Below the pieces are notes generated by a model, which saw nothing but the letters and a program-made list of their open reading frames with translations, had not been told where the DNA came from and did not search any database. This document shows positions 1 to 8,194 of a stretch of DNA of 32,000 nt, piece after piece. The first letter of the stretch is position 1; each line of letters opens with the position of its first letter. Source of the DNA: Corynebacterium amycolatum (lineage in GTDB: Bacteria; Actinomycetota; Actinomycetes; Mycobacteriales; Mycobacteriaceae); the NCBI RefSeq assembly GCF_049243625.1, contig NZ_CP046975.1. One strand, written 5' to 3'. The position numbers were made by a program, and so were the translations under genes.

Positions 1-206
1 AATGCCGCGCCATGCATATTCGCAGTCAGAGCGTTTAGGCGCAGCTCCAATCGTCCCTCAGACCAGTCATCCGCAATCTCGGTGATACGGATGCCGGTGC
101 CAAACAGCGGCGGCCAAATGTTCAGCAAGAACTTTGCCTTAGCCGGGGACATCTCTTTCTCAGCAAGTTTGTACAGGGTGCGTCGCAGCGATGGACCAAT
201 AGACAT
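1..206 (-). CDS. DUF4442-like hotdog-fold (thioesterase-like) protein; N-terminal part only, gene runs off the left edge
   Basis: A minus-strand ATG (complement of 204-206) opens MSIGPSLRRTLYKLAEKEMSPAKAKFLLNIWPPLFGTGIRITEIADDWSEGRLELRLNALTANMHGAA, which stays open to position 1. The WPPxxGxGIR..EI..D pattern matches my recollection of DUF4442. It is absent from the ORF track because it is truncated. Confidence 0.5.
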   Translation of the reverse strand, partial: MSIGPSLRRTLYKLAEKEMSPAKAKFLLNIWPPLFGTGIRITEIADDWSEGRLELRLNALTANMHGAA

Positions 207-332
207 AACTACTTACATTAGGTGTTGACCGGGCGAACGCGGGCATTATTGTCAGAAAACAAAAGTGTGTCAGCTTCAGCGCATGCTTTACGACGGTTCC
301 CGCGCCCCACCTTTTATTAAGACAGCGACTAT

Positions 333-740
333 TTAGGCAGCAAACCGTTTCGCCAGCGTATTGACGCGCAGAGTGAAGAAATCCCGCAATTCCGCGTAGC
401 GGGAATAACCATAAATCCCGCGGTCAGCTGGGTCATCATATTCCCAGCGCTCAGTCTCTACATCTGGCGCGATGTAGTCCGAAACGTCGATTTTCCCCAC
501 AACAATGACCACATCCGCACTGTCTGCGAGAGACGGCGTGAGTTGATGAGGATCGCCATCGCACCGTGCCCCCACCTCACAGAGCGCACGCCGCGCGTCT
601 TCATCCAGACCGCGGTCATCATCATCGATGCTGATACCTGCTGACAAAACTGTCAAGCCTGGGGCAGCTTGCCGCAGCAGCCCTTCGAGTACGCGTGAGA
701 GTCCCATGTTTGAACTACTGACAAAGAGCACCTCTGACAT
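333..740 (-). CDS. Low-molecular-weight phosphatase / ArsC-fold family protein with a non-canonical P-loop (no Cys)
   Basis: Track ORF 333..821. The likely start is the internal Met (MSEVLFVSSSNMGLSRVLEG...), where family homology begins. VLFV-x-SNxxxSR aligns to the VLFVCxGNxCRS P-loop, and there is a C-terminal DDPADRG (DP acid-loop-like). The upstream 27 codons look like non-coding read-through. Confidence 0.6.
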   Translation of the reverse strand: MSEVLFVSSSNMGLSRVLEGLLRQAAPGLTVLSAGISIDDDDRGLDEDARRALCEVGARCDGDPHQLTPSLADSADVVIVVGKIDVSDYIAPDVETERWEYDDPADRGIYGYSRYAELRDFFTLRVNTLAKRFAA

Positions 741-967
741 GGCTCTATCGTAGAATATTTTTCTCAGAGAAATCACCCCAGCTTGTGGGGTTTTCTGGAA
801 GGTTTTGCAGAAAAATGCCAAAAGCGCCCATAGCGCAGGCCCTTCCCCGAGACCAGCCCTATCGGCGCTTATGACTTAAAAACAAAGTCCACTTTACATG
901 CGCATGCAACCCCTGTGAAGCATGGGGCTAGAGTTGCAGATGTGAACGCTCCGTGGCCTGTGATTTT

Positions 968-1011
968 CCGGCTGTCGGTGTTGCGCTGTCCGGCTGTCGG
1001 TGTTGCGCTGT
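968..1011. repeat. Perfect 2 x 22-bp tandem direct repeat (ccggctgtcggtgttgcgctgt) in a divergent intergenic region
   Basis: Positions 968-989 and 990-1011 are identical base for base. They are followed by two copies of cctatcgat (1012-1020 and 1031-1039), each containing an ATCGAT palindrome. Confidence 0.9.
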
Positions 1012-1253
1012 CCTATCGATGCAATATTCACCTATCGATACGCAGCAGCGTGGCCATAAGTGGAAAGCTCATCCATATGTCGACCGGGACTTCCGACAAC
1101 GTGCGCATAAGTGACAGAAAATTCCCCCGCCCCAGCCCCCGACAGGCATTTGCCCTTTAATCTGCCTTCAAAAGAATCCTTTGCTCCCCGCCCCGGCCCC
1201 CTTAGACCGGATAAAATTGGCGGGGCCAATCGCTCGCGAATAGGAGAATCACC

Positions 1254-2756
1254 GTGACCGACTCTCGCGATATTAAACCTTTTGCAGCCAACCGCAGCTC
1301 CAAAGTGACCTCCATCGGCTCCATCATCGGCGCAGCAGCAGTGAGCGGCCTACTTCTCGGAGGTGTCGGTGCGGGCACCTGCTTGGCAATTCTCGATGTG
1401 CCCGAGCGCTCCGACTACGTCATGAAGACTGCGCAGCGTGAGGTACAGGCTGACATCATGGACCCGGACGATGTGCTCACCCCAGAGGAAGAAGAGCGCA
1501 TGCTTCGCGATGTCTCCCTGATCGCCGCCCCTGACGTGGTCCAAGAGCTGCACTACATGGTCTTTGCCGAGAACAAGGAAAACGTTAATGACTCCGTAGA
1601 GGAGTACCTGCGCGATAACCACCAGGAGCTCATCGGCAAGGATAAGTTTGCTGATGGCCAGGTCTTCGTCGGCGTGGGCCTTGATCCGCGCCAAGCCTTC
1701 GTCTTCGCGGGTGAGGACGTGGCTGCTCAAATGAAGCTACGCAAGAATGACAGCCATCTGAAACAGTCCATCGAAGCAATTAAGCCGGGCGTGCGGGATG
1801 GCAACATTCCTGCTGGCCTCTTTGCTGGCGCAGCGGCTGCAATCGACGTAGACCGTGCTGCGGATACTCAGTACGAGGGCGCAAAAGAGGATCGGATGGG
1901 GGCGGCCGTTGGCCTCGGGGTGGCGGGCCTGAGCGTTGGCGGCGCTGGTGTCGGCCTCGCCGGCGGTATACGCCGCAGCCGACAGAAGCAGGCACAGCAG
2001 GCACGCGAGGACTGGGACTACGTGTCGCAGACCTACACCGATGTGGCGCAACGGCTAAGGGAGATTGATATTCGAGCGCACTCGCTCCAATCAGGACTGG
2101 TGGATGAGCGCCTGCGCCAGGACTGGGAGGGTTTGCGCGATGACTTCCTAGCGATCGATAGCCAGGTTGGTTCCCTCATGTCGATTCCGGCGGATGCGCC
2201 AGATGAGCAATTCCGCTCACGCTCTGAGCTCATCGCCAATGCGCGCCAACTGTGCGAGCGCGTGGAAACCGCTGAGGTCAATATTGAAAAGCTGCACCGC
2301 ATTGAGAACGCTGATGCGGATGCTCGCCGCTATGAACTCTACGAGCTGGGGAAGGATCTGGCACAGGCAGGCTACTTGGCCGCAAGCATCGACTCGACGC
2401 TTGAGCGCCACGCGAAGGAGTTGGAAGATGCCGCCACTGAATTATCCAAGGAACCACACCATCCGCAGTTCATGGAGCGCTACCTAGAACTCTTGGATCG
2501 CTCCGCGCTCTTGTCGGAGCACGTGCAGTCCCAACTGCAGAAGCGCAATGAGGCCGACGAGCGCCCCGAGCGCACGCGCATCTACGACTCTAATTTCTTC
2601 GCTGGCTCCGGCTACCACGGCTACGTGCCCTTCTATGTCGTGAGCACCTGGGATAGCGATGCCACCACTGCCCGCGACAGCTCTTCTAGTAGCGGCGGCG
2701 TCAACAGCGGGTTTAGCTCGGGGTTTTCCGGTTCAGGTGGTTCTTCCAGCTTCTAA
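1254..2756 (+). CDS. TPM-domain (YgcG-like) membrane protein with a long coiled-coil region and a Gly/Ser-rich tail
   Basis: GTG start preceded by aataGGAGAatcacc. It has an N-terminal TM segment, a TPM-like region (LTPEEEERMLRDV...VFVGVGLDPRQAFVFAGEDV) and a second Gly/Ala-rich hydrophobic segment. The C-terminal SSGGVNSGFSSGFSGSGGSSSF is typical of TPM/YgcG proteins. Confidence 0.7.
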   Translation: MTDSRDIKPFAANRSSKVTSIGSIIGAAAVSGLLLGGVGAGTCLAILDVPERSDYVMKTAQREVQADIMDPDDVLTPEEEERMLRDVSLIAAPDVVQELHYMVFAENKENVNDSVEEYLRDNHQELIGKDKFADGQVFVGVGLDPRQAFVFAGEDVAAQMKLRKNDSHLKQSIEAIKPGVRDGNIPAGLFAGAAAAIDVDRAADTQYEGAKEDRMGAAVGLGVAGLSVGGAGVGLAGGIRRSRQKQAQQAREDWDYVSQTYTDVAQRLREIDIRAHSLQSGLVDERLRQDWEGLRDDFLAIDSQVGSLMSIPADAPDEQFRSRSELIANARQLCERVETAEVNIEKLHRIENADADARRYELYELGKDLAQAGYLAASIDSTLERHAKELEDAATELSKEPHHPQFMERYLELLDRSALLSEHVQSQLQKRNEADERPERTRIYDSNFFAGSGYHGYVPFYVVSTWDSDATTARDSSSSSGGVNSGFSSGFSGSGGSSSF

Positions 2757-2852
2757 GCCGGCTTACGGGGCAGAAGGGATGCGGACGTTCTGTTAGACGA
2801 TTTCACCCCTCACGCTACTTAACCCCCTACTTTTCTCCTTTAAACCAAAGAA

Positions 2853-2886
2853 CCCCAGGCCGGAAAACTTCCTGGCCTGGGGTTTT
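2853..2886 (+). terminator. Intrinsic terminator-like hairpin (ccccaggcc-N12-ggcctgggg followed by TTTT)
   Basis: A 9-bp GC-rich stem at 2853-2861/2874-2882 is followed by tttt. It lies about 100 bp downstream of the TPM gene stop and directly abuts the 3' end of the convergent tRNA. Confidence 0.55.
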
Positions 2887-2961
2887 GGAGCCGGAAACGG
2901 GACTCGAACCCGTAACCTACTGATTACAAATCAGTTGCGCTACCAATTGCGCCATCCCGGC
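2886..2961 (-). tRNA. tRNA-Thr, anticodon UGU, with encoded CCA
   Basis: The reverse complement folds by hand as GCCGGGA-TG-GCGC-AATTGGTA-GCGC-A-ACTGA-TTTGTAA-TCAGT-AGGTT-ACGGG-TTCGAGT-CCCGT-TTCCGGC-T-CCA (76 nt). The anticodon loop TT-TGT-AA gives UGU. The acceptor stem has one G-U pair. Confidence 0.92.
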
Positions 2962-3321
2962 AACTTTAAAGCGACCCTTTTGGCGTTAGCCGTCGCTGGC
3001 TCGAAAGAATCAGAGTCAACCTGAGAATCGAACTCAGCTGTGCCGCTGACAGGCGATTGTACAGGTTGGCAAGCAGAAGTTAAAAACGACACCACAGGAA
3101 TACTGCAACCGCACTTCTTGAACACTTTTCTGCACACTAAAAGCCCCGCTCAGATAGGTAAATTCACCCCACCGAAAACGAATTGAGATTCTCCGTCACC
3201 GACGGGGTAGTGTGACTATCGCTAAATCACTGGGGCTATGTTGCTGCAACGCCTCTAGAACTCGTCTTTGCAATAGCGCTGCAACGCACCCCAGGCAGTA
3301 TCGGGGAAAGGAAGTGCCGAC

Positions 3322-4974
3322 ATGCCATTCGATGGTGGCAACAAATCCAACGCCGAAGAAAACTCCGCTGCGAAGGACGATGCCTACGATGCCGAAGCCG
3401 CTGTCGCTTACCCCGCTGACCCCACTGTCTCTTACGACGACACTCCGCAGACCCAGTTTCCTGCAATCGACAATCAGTCCGCCTTCAAGCAGCGCGTGAT
3501 TGATTTCGTTTCCGGCCCAACGGCAACTGTCGACCTAGTGCACTCGACCACTACCCCACTGCCGCTGGCACCGATTGATTATTCCGACCCCAGCCAGGTT
3601 ACGGCCGTACTCGATCTCGCTGCTCGCATCGGAGGACTGCTGCTGGCATGTGGCTCGGGCAACCGCGACACCGAGCTGCAGATTAAGACCGTGACCTCAG
3701 CCTATGGCCTCACCCAGATCCAGGTTGACATCACGTTGACCTCGGTGACGGTCTACCACCTCATCGGTGCCCGCCGCACACCAATTACGGCTATGCGCGT
3801 AGTCACCGCACCAGTGCCCGACTTCGAGCGCTTGCGCCACACGGACCGTGTCATCCGCCGAATTCGCGCGGGCCATCTGAGCCTGGAGGAGGCTATTGAG
3901 GCTATCGACAAGGTCGAGCGTGAGCCCGCAAAATACCGCCTCCGCGTCATCTACGCTGGCTGGGCGTTGCTGGCCTCATCTGTGACAGTGCTACTCGGCT
4001 CTGGTTTCGAGGTCGCTCTCATCGCGGCTGCCGTCACACTGGCCATTGTCATTGTGATTGGCGAGCTTGCCGCCCGCGAGTTGCCCACATTCTTCCAAAA
4101 CGCAGTCGGCGGTCTCATCGCCACACTCTCCGCTGCTGTACTCAATGCAGCACAGGCATACCTTCCCTTTGAAATGCAGCCATCCAGGCTAATTGCCTCG
4201 GGAATCATCGTGATGCTCGCCGGCCTAACCCTCGTGCAAGCACTGCAAGACGGCATCACCGGCGCGCCAGTGACTGGCTCAGCGCGCTTCTTCGACACCA
4301 TGCTGTTGACCGGCGGCATCGTCGCTGGCATCGCGATGGGCATCGAGTTTTCTGGAATGCTGGGCATTCCGCTTCCCGACGTCATCGCGGGCTCCGACCT
4401 CAACCTGGCCCAGGCGACAGTGCGGGTGATAGCGGGAACTACCGCCTCAATCGCATTTGCGTTGGCCTCGAATGCTGGGTTCACTGCGTTGGCAGTGTCC
4501 GGAACGGTCGCCCTGTTGGGGTCAATGACCTACTACTACGTGTTGACTCCGCTGGGAGTTCATCCGGTGACCAGCGCAGGCGCGGCAGCAACACTGATTG
4601 GTCTCATCGGTGGCCTGCTGGCACGACGTTGGTCCATCCCGCCGCTAATTACGGCAGTGGCAGGCGTAACCCCACTGCTTCCGGGTATGACAATCTACCG
4701 CGGTATGCACGCACTGCTGCACGACCACCCGACCAAGGGGTTTACGGCGCTGGCCTCAGCGCTGGGCATTGCGACGGCACTAGCTGCGGGCATTGTCCTC
4801 GGTGAATGGATGGCGCGCAGGCTCCGTCGCCCTCGCGCACTGCGCGAAGACAGTGGCCTGACCCGTCCAATCCGGGCCGGTATGCGTCGCATCCGTCCTG
4901 TGAATCCGCGGAACAAGCCTCGCCGTCCACGCAACTACCGCTTCAAGGGCGGTATGAACCCGCGCGTGGACTAG
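3322..4974 (+). CDS. thrE: Threonine/serine exporter family protein (ThrE; DUF1212 plus ThrE_2 domains) with an Arg-rich C-terminal tail
   Basis: ATG preceded by gAAAGGAAGtgccgac. AVLDLAARIGGLLLACGSGNRDTELQIKTVTSAYGL resembles the ThrE N-domain and is followed by about 10 hydrophobic helices. The roughly 55-aa basic tail reads RRLRRPRALRED...RRPRNYRFKGG. Confidence 0.8.
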   Translation: MPFDGGNKSNAEENSAAKDDAYDAEAAVAYPADPTVSYDDTPQTQFPAIDNQSAFKQRVIDFVSGPTATVDLVHSTTTPLPLAPIDYSDPSQVTAVLDLAARIGGLLLACGSGNRDTELQIKTVTSAYGLTQIQVDITLTSVTVYHLIGARRTPITAMRVVTAPVPDFERLRHTDRVIRRIRAGHLSLEEAIEAIDKVEREPAKYRLRVIYAGWALLASSVTVLLGSGFEVALIAAAVTLAIVIVIGELAARELPTFFQNAVGGLIATLSAAVLNAAQAYLPFEMQPSRLIASGIIVMLAGLTLVQALQDGITGAPVTGSARFFDTMLLTGGIVAGIAMGIEFSGMLGIPLPDVIAGSDLNLAQATVRVIAGTTASIAFALASNAGFTALAVSGTVALLGSMTYYYVLTPLGVHPVTSAGAAATLIGLIGGLLARRWSIPPLITAVAGVTPLLPGMTIYRGMHALLHDHPTKGFTALASALGIATALAAGIVLGEWMARRLRRPRALREDSGLTRPIRAGMRRIRPVNPRNKPRRPRNYRFKGGMNPRVD

Positions 4975-5195
4975 CCGTACCGTGGGAGCATTGTCCACAC
5001 CGCGCGACCTATCAACAACGTGGTAGAATTAGGTTTTTGAATTGTAAGTAGCGCTTAAAGCCGAAACTGCGTCATCACAATCCCATTCCTTCTCCGCTGA
5101 ACTCGGTTGAGCTCAGTGACGGGAGCATATGGCGAGATGGCTGGCAGAAGTAGGTGTATTGGGCGCAATTAAGGCCATGCTTGCCAGGAGGATTC

Positions 5196-5573
5196 GTGCC
5201 ACCGAAGGTCACAGACACTCGCACTGCTCAGAACGAGGCTCTTCACAAGGTCGAAGAAAAGACCGCTGCTGGCGCACGGCGAATTGTGGCTACCTTCGCC
5301 GAGGACTTTTACGATGCCGTCACTCTGATGTGCATGCTCGGAGTGGAGAAGGAAGGCCTGAGCTTCAAGAAGGTTCACGAGGAGTACGAGAAGGAAAACG
5401 CTCCGAAGACCGCAAAGCGCACACGCAAGTCCACTAAGAAGACTGCAAAGAAGTCGGCCAAGAAGGCAGCAAAGAAGACCACTCGTAAGACGGCGAAGAA
5501 GGCTACAAAGAAGGCCGCCAAGAAGACGACGAAGAAGGCTGCTAAGAAGAGCACCAAGAAGGCAGCTAACTAA
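5196..5573 (+). CDS. Small basic protein with a histone H1-like Lys/Ala repeat tail (putative nucleoid-associated protein)
   Basis: Track ORF 5154..5573. I prefer the in-frame GTG at 5196, preceded by ccAGGAGGattc. The roughly 65-aa N-terminal domain is of unknown family. The tail is TAKKSAKKAAKKTTRKTAKKATKKAAKKTTKKAAKKSTKKAA. Confidence 0.65.
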   Translation: MPPKVTDTRTAQNEALHKVEEKTAAGARRIVATFAEDFYDAVTLMCMLGVEKEGLSFKKVHEEYEKENAPKTAKRTRKSTKKTAKKSAKKAAKKTTRKTAKKATKKAAKKTTKKAAKKSTKKAAN

Positions 5574-5587
5574 CGGGGTCACGCAGC

Positions 5588-6064
5588 ATGGGGCGGAGCG
5601 GGAAAAAGGCGGTTGCCACAGTAGCTGTCGTTGCGGCGGTGTCCATGACGGCTACCGCATGCCAGGCAAAGCCGGCAGCGGAGATCGTCGGCAAGCAGTG
5701 GCAGATAACCGCGATTTTTGATGACCCAAACCTGCCCCACGGTGTGCCGGACGGAACGCAGGCACCGACTATTACGCTGGGGCAGACAACATATACTTTC
5801 GCTGATTCCTGTGGCAACGGCTCTGGTTCGCTGCAGTGGAAGGGCGAGGCGGTCGAATTCGGCGCCCCGGAGCAGACTCGCAGTTTGGACTGCTCAGACC
5901 AGGCGCAGACCTATTCGGAGCGCTTCCACAAAATTGTTGCGGGCGAATTCACCTACAAGCAGGACAACAACGGTCTGCGCATGCGAGAGATGAAAGACAC
6001 CAAGCCAGGCGAGGATCGCCGTGGCTGGACTGCGACAACCTCGGGTTACACCGAGGGGCGCTGA
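5588..6064 (+). CDS. META-domain (HslJ-like) lipoprotein
   Basis: Signal peptide plus lipobox (AAVSMTATAC). VGKQWQITAI, SCGNGSGSL and TRSLDCS fit the META-domain pattern (W-x-L, GCN..sG, TrmaC). Confidence 0.75.
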   Translation: MGRSGKKAVATVAVVAAVSMTATACQAKPAAEIVGKQWQITAIFDDPNLPHGVPDGTQAPTITLGQTTYTFADSCGNGSGSLQWKGEAVEFGAPEQTRSLDCSDQAQTYSERFHKIVAGEFTYKQDNNGLRMREMKDTKPGEDRRGWTATTSGYTEGR

Positions 6065-6669
6065 CGCCACTTTTGATCAACAGGCGCATCGATGCCGGGG
6101 TGAGAAACCCGTGCGTAAGAACCGCGGTGGTAAATGAGCGGATTGATTTCTTCACGCTTGCCGATAGCCACAATATCCGCCGTCACAATCCAGTGATCGC
6201 CGCCTTCGTAAACATCGACGACGGTGCAATCAATCCACACGGAGCAGCCGTGCAGTAAAGGGTTGCCCAGCTCAGAGCGGGTCCACTTCCCCGTCTTGAA
6301 CTTTTCTCCATTACTGCGACCGAAGGCTGCCGAGATATCCTCCTGATCCTCAGCCAACACGTTGACGGAGAAACGTCCAGCGTTCCGTATGTGCGGCCAC
6401 GACCGCGAGGTCTTCATGACAGTAAACAGAACCATCGGTGGAGTGAGGCTGAGAGAGGAAAAAGACTGGCAGGCAAAACCGTACGCCTCGCCTTCATCCT
6501 CGGTGGCGATAATGGTCACGCCAGTGGTGAACTCACTCATCGCGCCACGGATAGACATTTCATCCAATTCGACGGGGCCACCAAGTTCGACATGGTCGTC
6601 GCGGGTAGCTTCCGGACTATTGAGAGCCGCAGCTGATCGGTCGGTGCTCGAATTTGTTGAATCTGTCAT
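6046..6669 (-). CDS. Flavin reductase family protein (FMN-binding split-barrel)
   Basis: AMSEFTTGVTIIATEDEGEAYGFACQSFSSLSLTPPMVLF...RFSVNVLAEDQ is typical of PF01613-type flavin reductases. The 3' end overlaps the convergent META gene by 19 bp. A later start at MSIRGAMSEF is possible. Confidence 0.85.
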   Translation of the reverse strand: MTDSTNSSTDRSAAALNSPEATRDDHVELGGPVELDEMSIRGAMSEFTTGVTIIATEDEGEAYGFACQSFSSLSLTPPMVLFTVMKTSRSWPHIRNAGRFSVNVLAEDQEDISAAFGRSNGEKFKTGKWTRSELGNPLLHGCSVWIDCTVVDVYEGGDHWIVTADIVAIGKREEINPLIYHRGSYARVSHPGIDAPVDQKWRQRPSV

Positions 6670-6770
6670 GTAATAGACCTTAATCTGAATCCGAACACAG
6701 TAAAGACGAGGTGGGGTTTACCACCCCAGGAACCTCCGATAGCGCCACGATGTTGTTACCCTCGTGCCCG

Positions 6771-7877
6771 CTACCCGGCTGACGGTACCGACGGCGCTGC
6801 AGTTGTCGCTCCAACGACAAACTCAGTCTCTAGCAAGACGCGCGGAGCGCGACCGCTGTCCTCGTGTGCGGCCTCAAGCTCCTCGGCCAGCGCGCGGCCG
6901 ACGGCAATGCCCTTCTGCCTATTCGGCTGAATCACGGTGGTCAGGTTGTGGAAGAGGGCGCGCTCAATTCCGTCAAAGCCGGTGATGGACAGATCCTCCG
7001 GAACACGAATTCCGTTCTCCTTGGCATATTCCAAGACCGCAATTGCCTGAGTATCGGTAGTGCAGACCACCGCCGTGAGATCTGGGTTGTCGGTCAGCAG
7101 CTGGCGAGCCGCATCGCGGTTGTTCTCGCGGTCATTGAGGTGACGCTCGATGATGGGCACATCTGCCTGCTGAATACCGGCCTCGGCAAGCGCTTCCAGC
7201 GCACCTTCGACACGATTCTTCTGCACCTGGTGATGAGCTTCTGCCAGTCGCTTCTCCGTAACATATCCCGAGTTCGGGGTACGCGACAAGCGCACCGAAA
7301 GGATTCCCACCTTCCTATGCCCCAACTCAGTCAGGTGCCGCACCGCGGGCTTGATGGCCTCACGGTCGTCGATGCCCACAAACGGTAGAGCCGCCGCATC
7401 TGCAGGCTGGTCGCACACGACCGTCGGCAAGCCGCGAGCGCGCACCGCAGCGAGGAACGGATCGTTGTCCGCGACGGAGTAGACCACGAAGCCGTCGACC
7501 ACCGCCTGCCGAATCAGATTGAGATCTACGTCCCCGCCCTCCTCGGAGGAAGCTGGGATGACCAACATGGAGTCGCCCATTTCGCCGAGCTCTTCTGCAA
7601 GGCCGGCGAGAAAATCCACCGACGCAGGGTCTTCAAAAGCGAATGGGAGGTGCTCGGTGAACAGCACGCCGATGGCGCCAACCCGGCGCATGCGCAGACC
7701 CCGAGCCATTGGGTCCGGCCCCGGATAACCAAGCCTCTCCGCCGTTTCCAGGATGTGCTCGCGCAACTTCTCTGAGAGCTGGTCAGGGCGGTTGTAAGCA
7801 TTGGACACAGTCGTGCGCGAGACCCCAAGTTCTGCTGCGATGGAAGCCAAGGTGCCACGACGACGCCGACTTTGCAC
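6771..7877 (-). CDS. LacI family transcriptional regulator
   Basis: N-terminal HTH TLASIAAELGVSRTTVSNAYNRPDQLS followed by a periplasmic-binding-protein-like sugar-binding core. GTG start at 7877. Confidence 0.9.
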   Translation of the reverse strand: MQSRRRRGTLASIAAELGVSRTTVSNAYNRPDQLSEKLREHILETAERLGYPGPDPMARGLRMRRVGAIGVLFTEHLPFAFEDPASVDFLAGLAEELGEMGDSMLVIPASSEEGGDVDLNLIRQAVVDGFVVYSVADNDPFLAAVRARGLPTVVCDQPADAAALPFVGIDDREAIKPAVRHLTELGHRKVGILSVRLSRTPNSGYVTEKRLAEAHHQVQKNRVEGALEALAEAGIQQADVPIIERHLNDRENNRDAARQLLTDNPDLTAVVCTTDTQAIAVLEYAKENGIRVPEDLSITGFDGIERALFHNLTTVIQPNRQKGIAVGRALAEELEAAHEDSGRAPRVLLETEFVVGATTAAPSVPSAG

Positions 7878-8109
7878 GGAATACCGACCCTTCTTGAAAA
7901 ACCAACAGTGACTGCGCGCTCAGCTATCTTCACTCATCTACCTCAGGTAGAAAACCTCAGTTTTATGGAAAAGAACTGCAACGAGCATTACACGCATCTA
8001 ATCGCGGACAACTTTACCCAACGAATGTGCGCGACTGTCATTTCTGCCACTCCGGCAGCGATCCGCCTTGTGACTGGGTCTCCGCAGCCCCTACTATATT
8101 CTTTGAACT

Positions 8110-8130
8110 AAAAGACAACTGTTTTCAATA
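8110..8130. promoter_or_regulatory. Candidate metalloregulator (Zur-like) operator upstream of the metal ABC operon
   Basis: aaaagacaactgttttcaata is an imperfect AT-rich palindrome. The right half GTTTTCAATA matches my recollection of the actinobacterial Zur half-site (TGAAAA-N-TTTTCA type), while the left half is weaker. It lies about 65 bp upstream of the ZnuA-like start. Not validated. Confidence 0.3.
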
Positions 8131-8194
8131 GCGGTTAATACTCAGGAGCTGAATAGAGGAAATAATTCAGCCCGCAACAGGATTGGATACATAT

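Noticed and set aside
915-1229. Track ORFs 915-1160 (+) and 1032-1229 (-)
   Set aside because: They mutually overlap, span the tandem repeats and C-rich blocks, have no RBS and give an implausible composition. The region is treated as non-coding regulatory sequence.
5129-5582. ORFs 5129-5437 (+), 5169-5582 (-) and 5375-5557 (-)
   Set aside because: They overlap the Lys/Ala-tail gene. They are Leu/Phe-rich or Arg-rich readings of the aag/gcc repeat in other frames.
6864-7933. ORFs 6864-7388 (+), 7519-7728 (+) and 7526-7933 (-)
   Set aside because: They are antisense or off-frame to the LacI-family regulator, whose HTH and sugar-binding core are clear.
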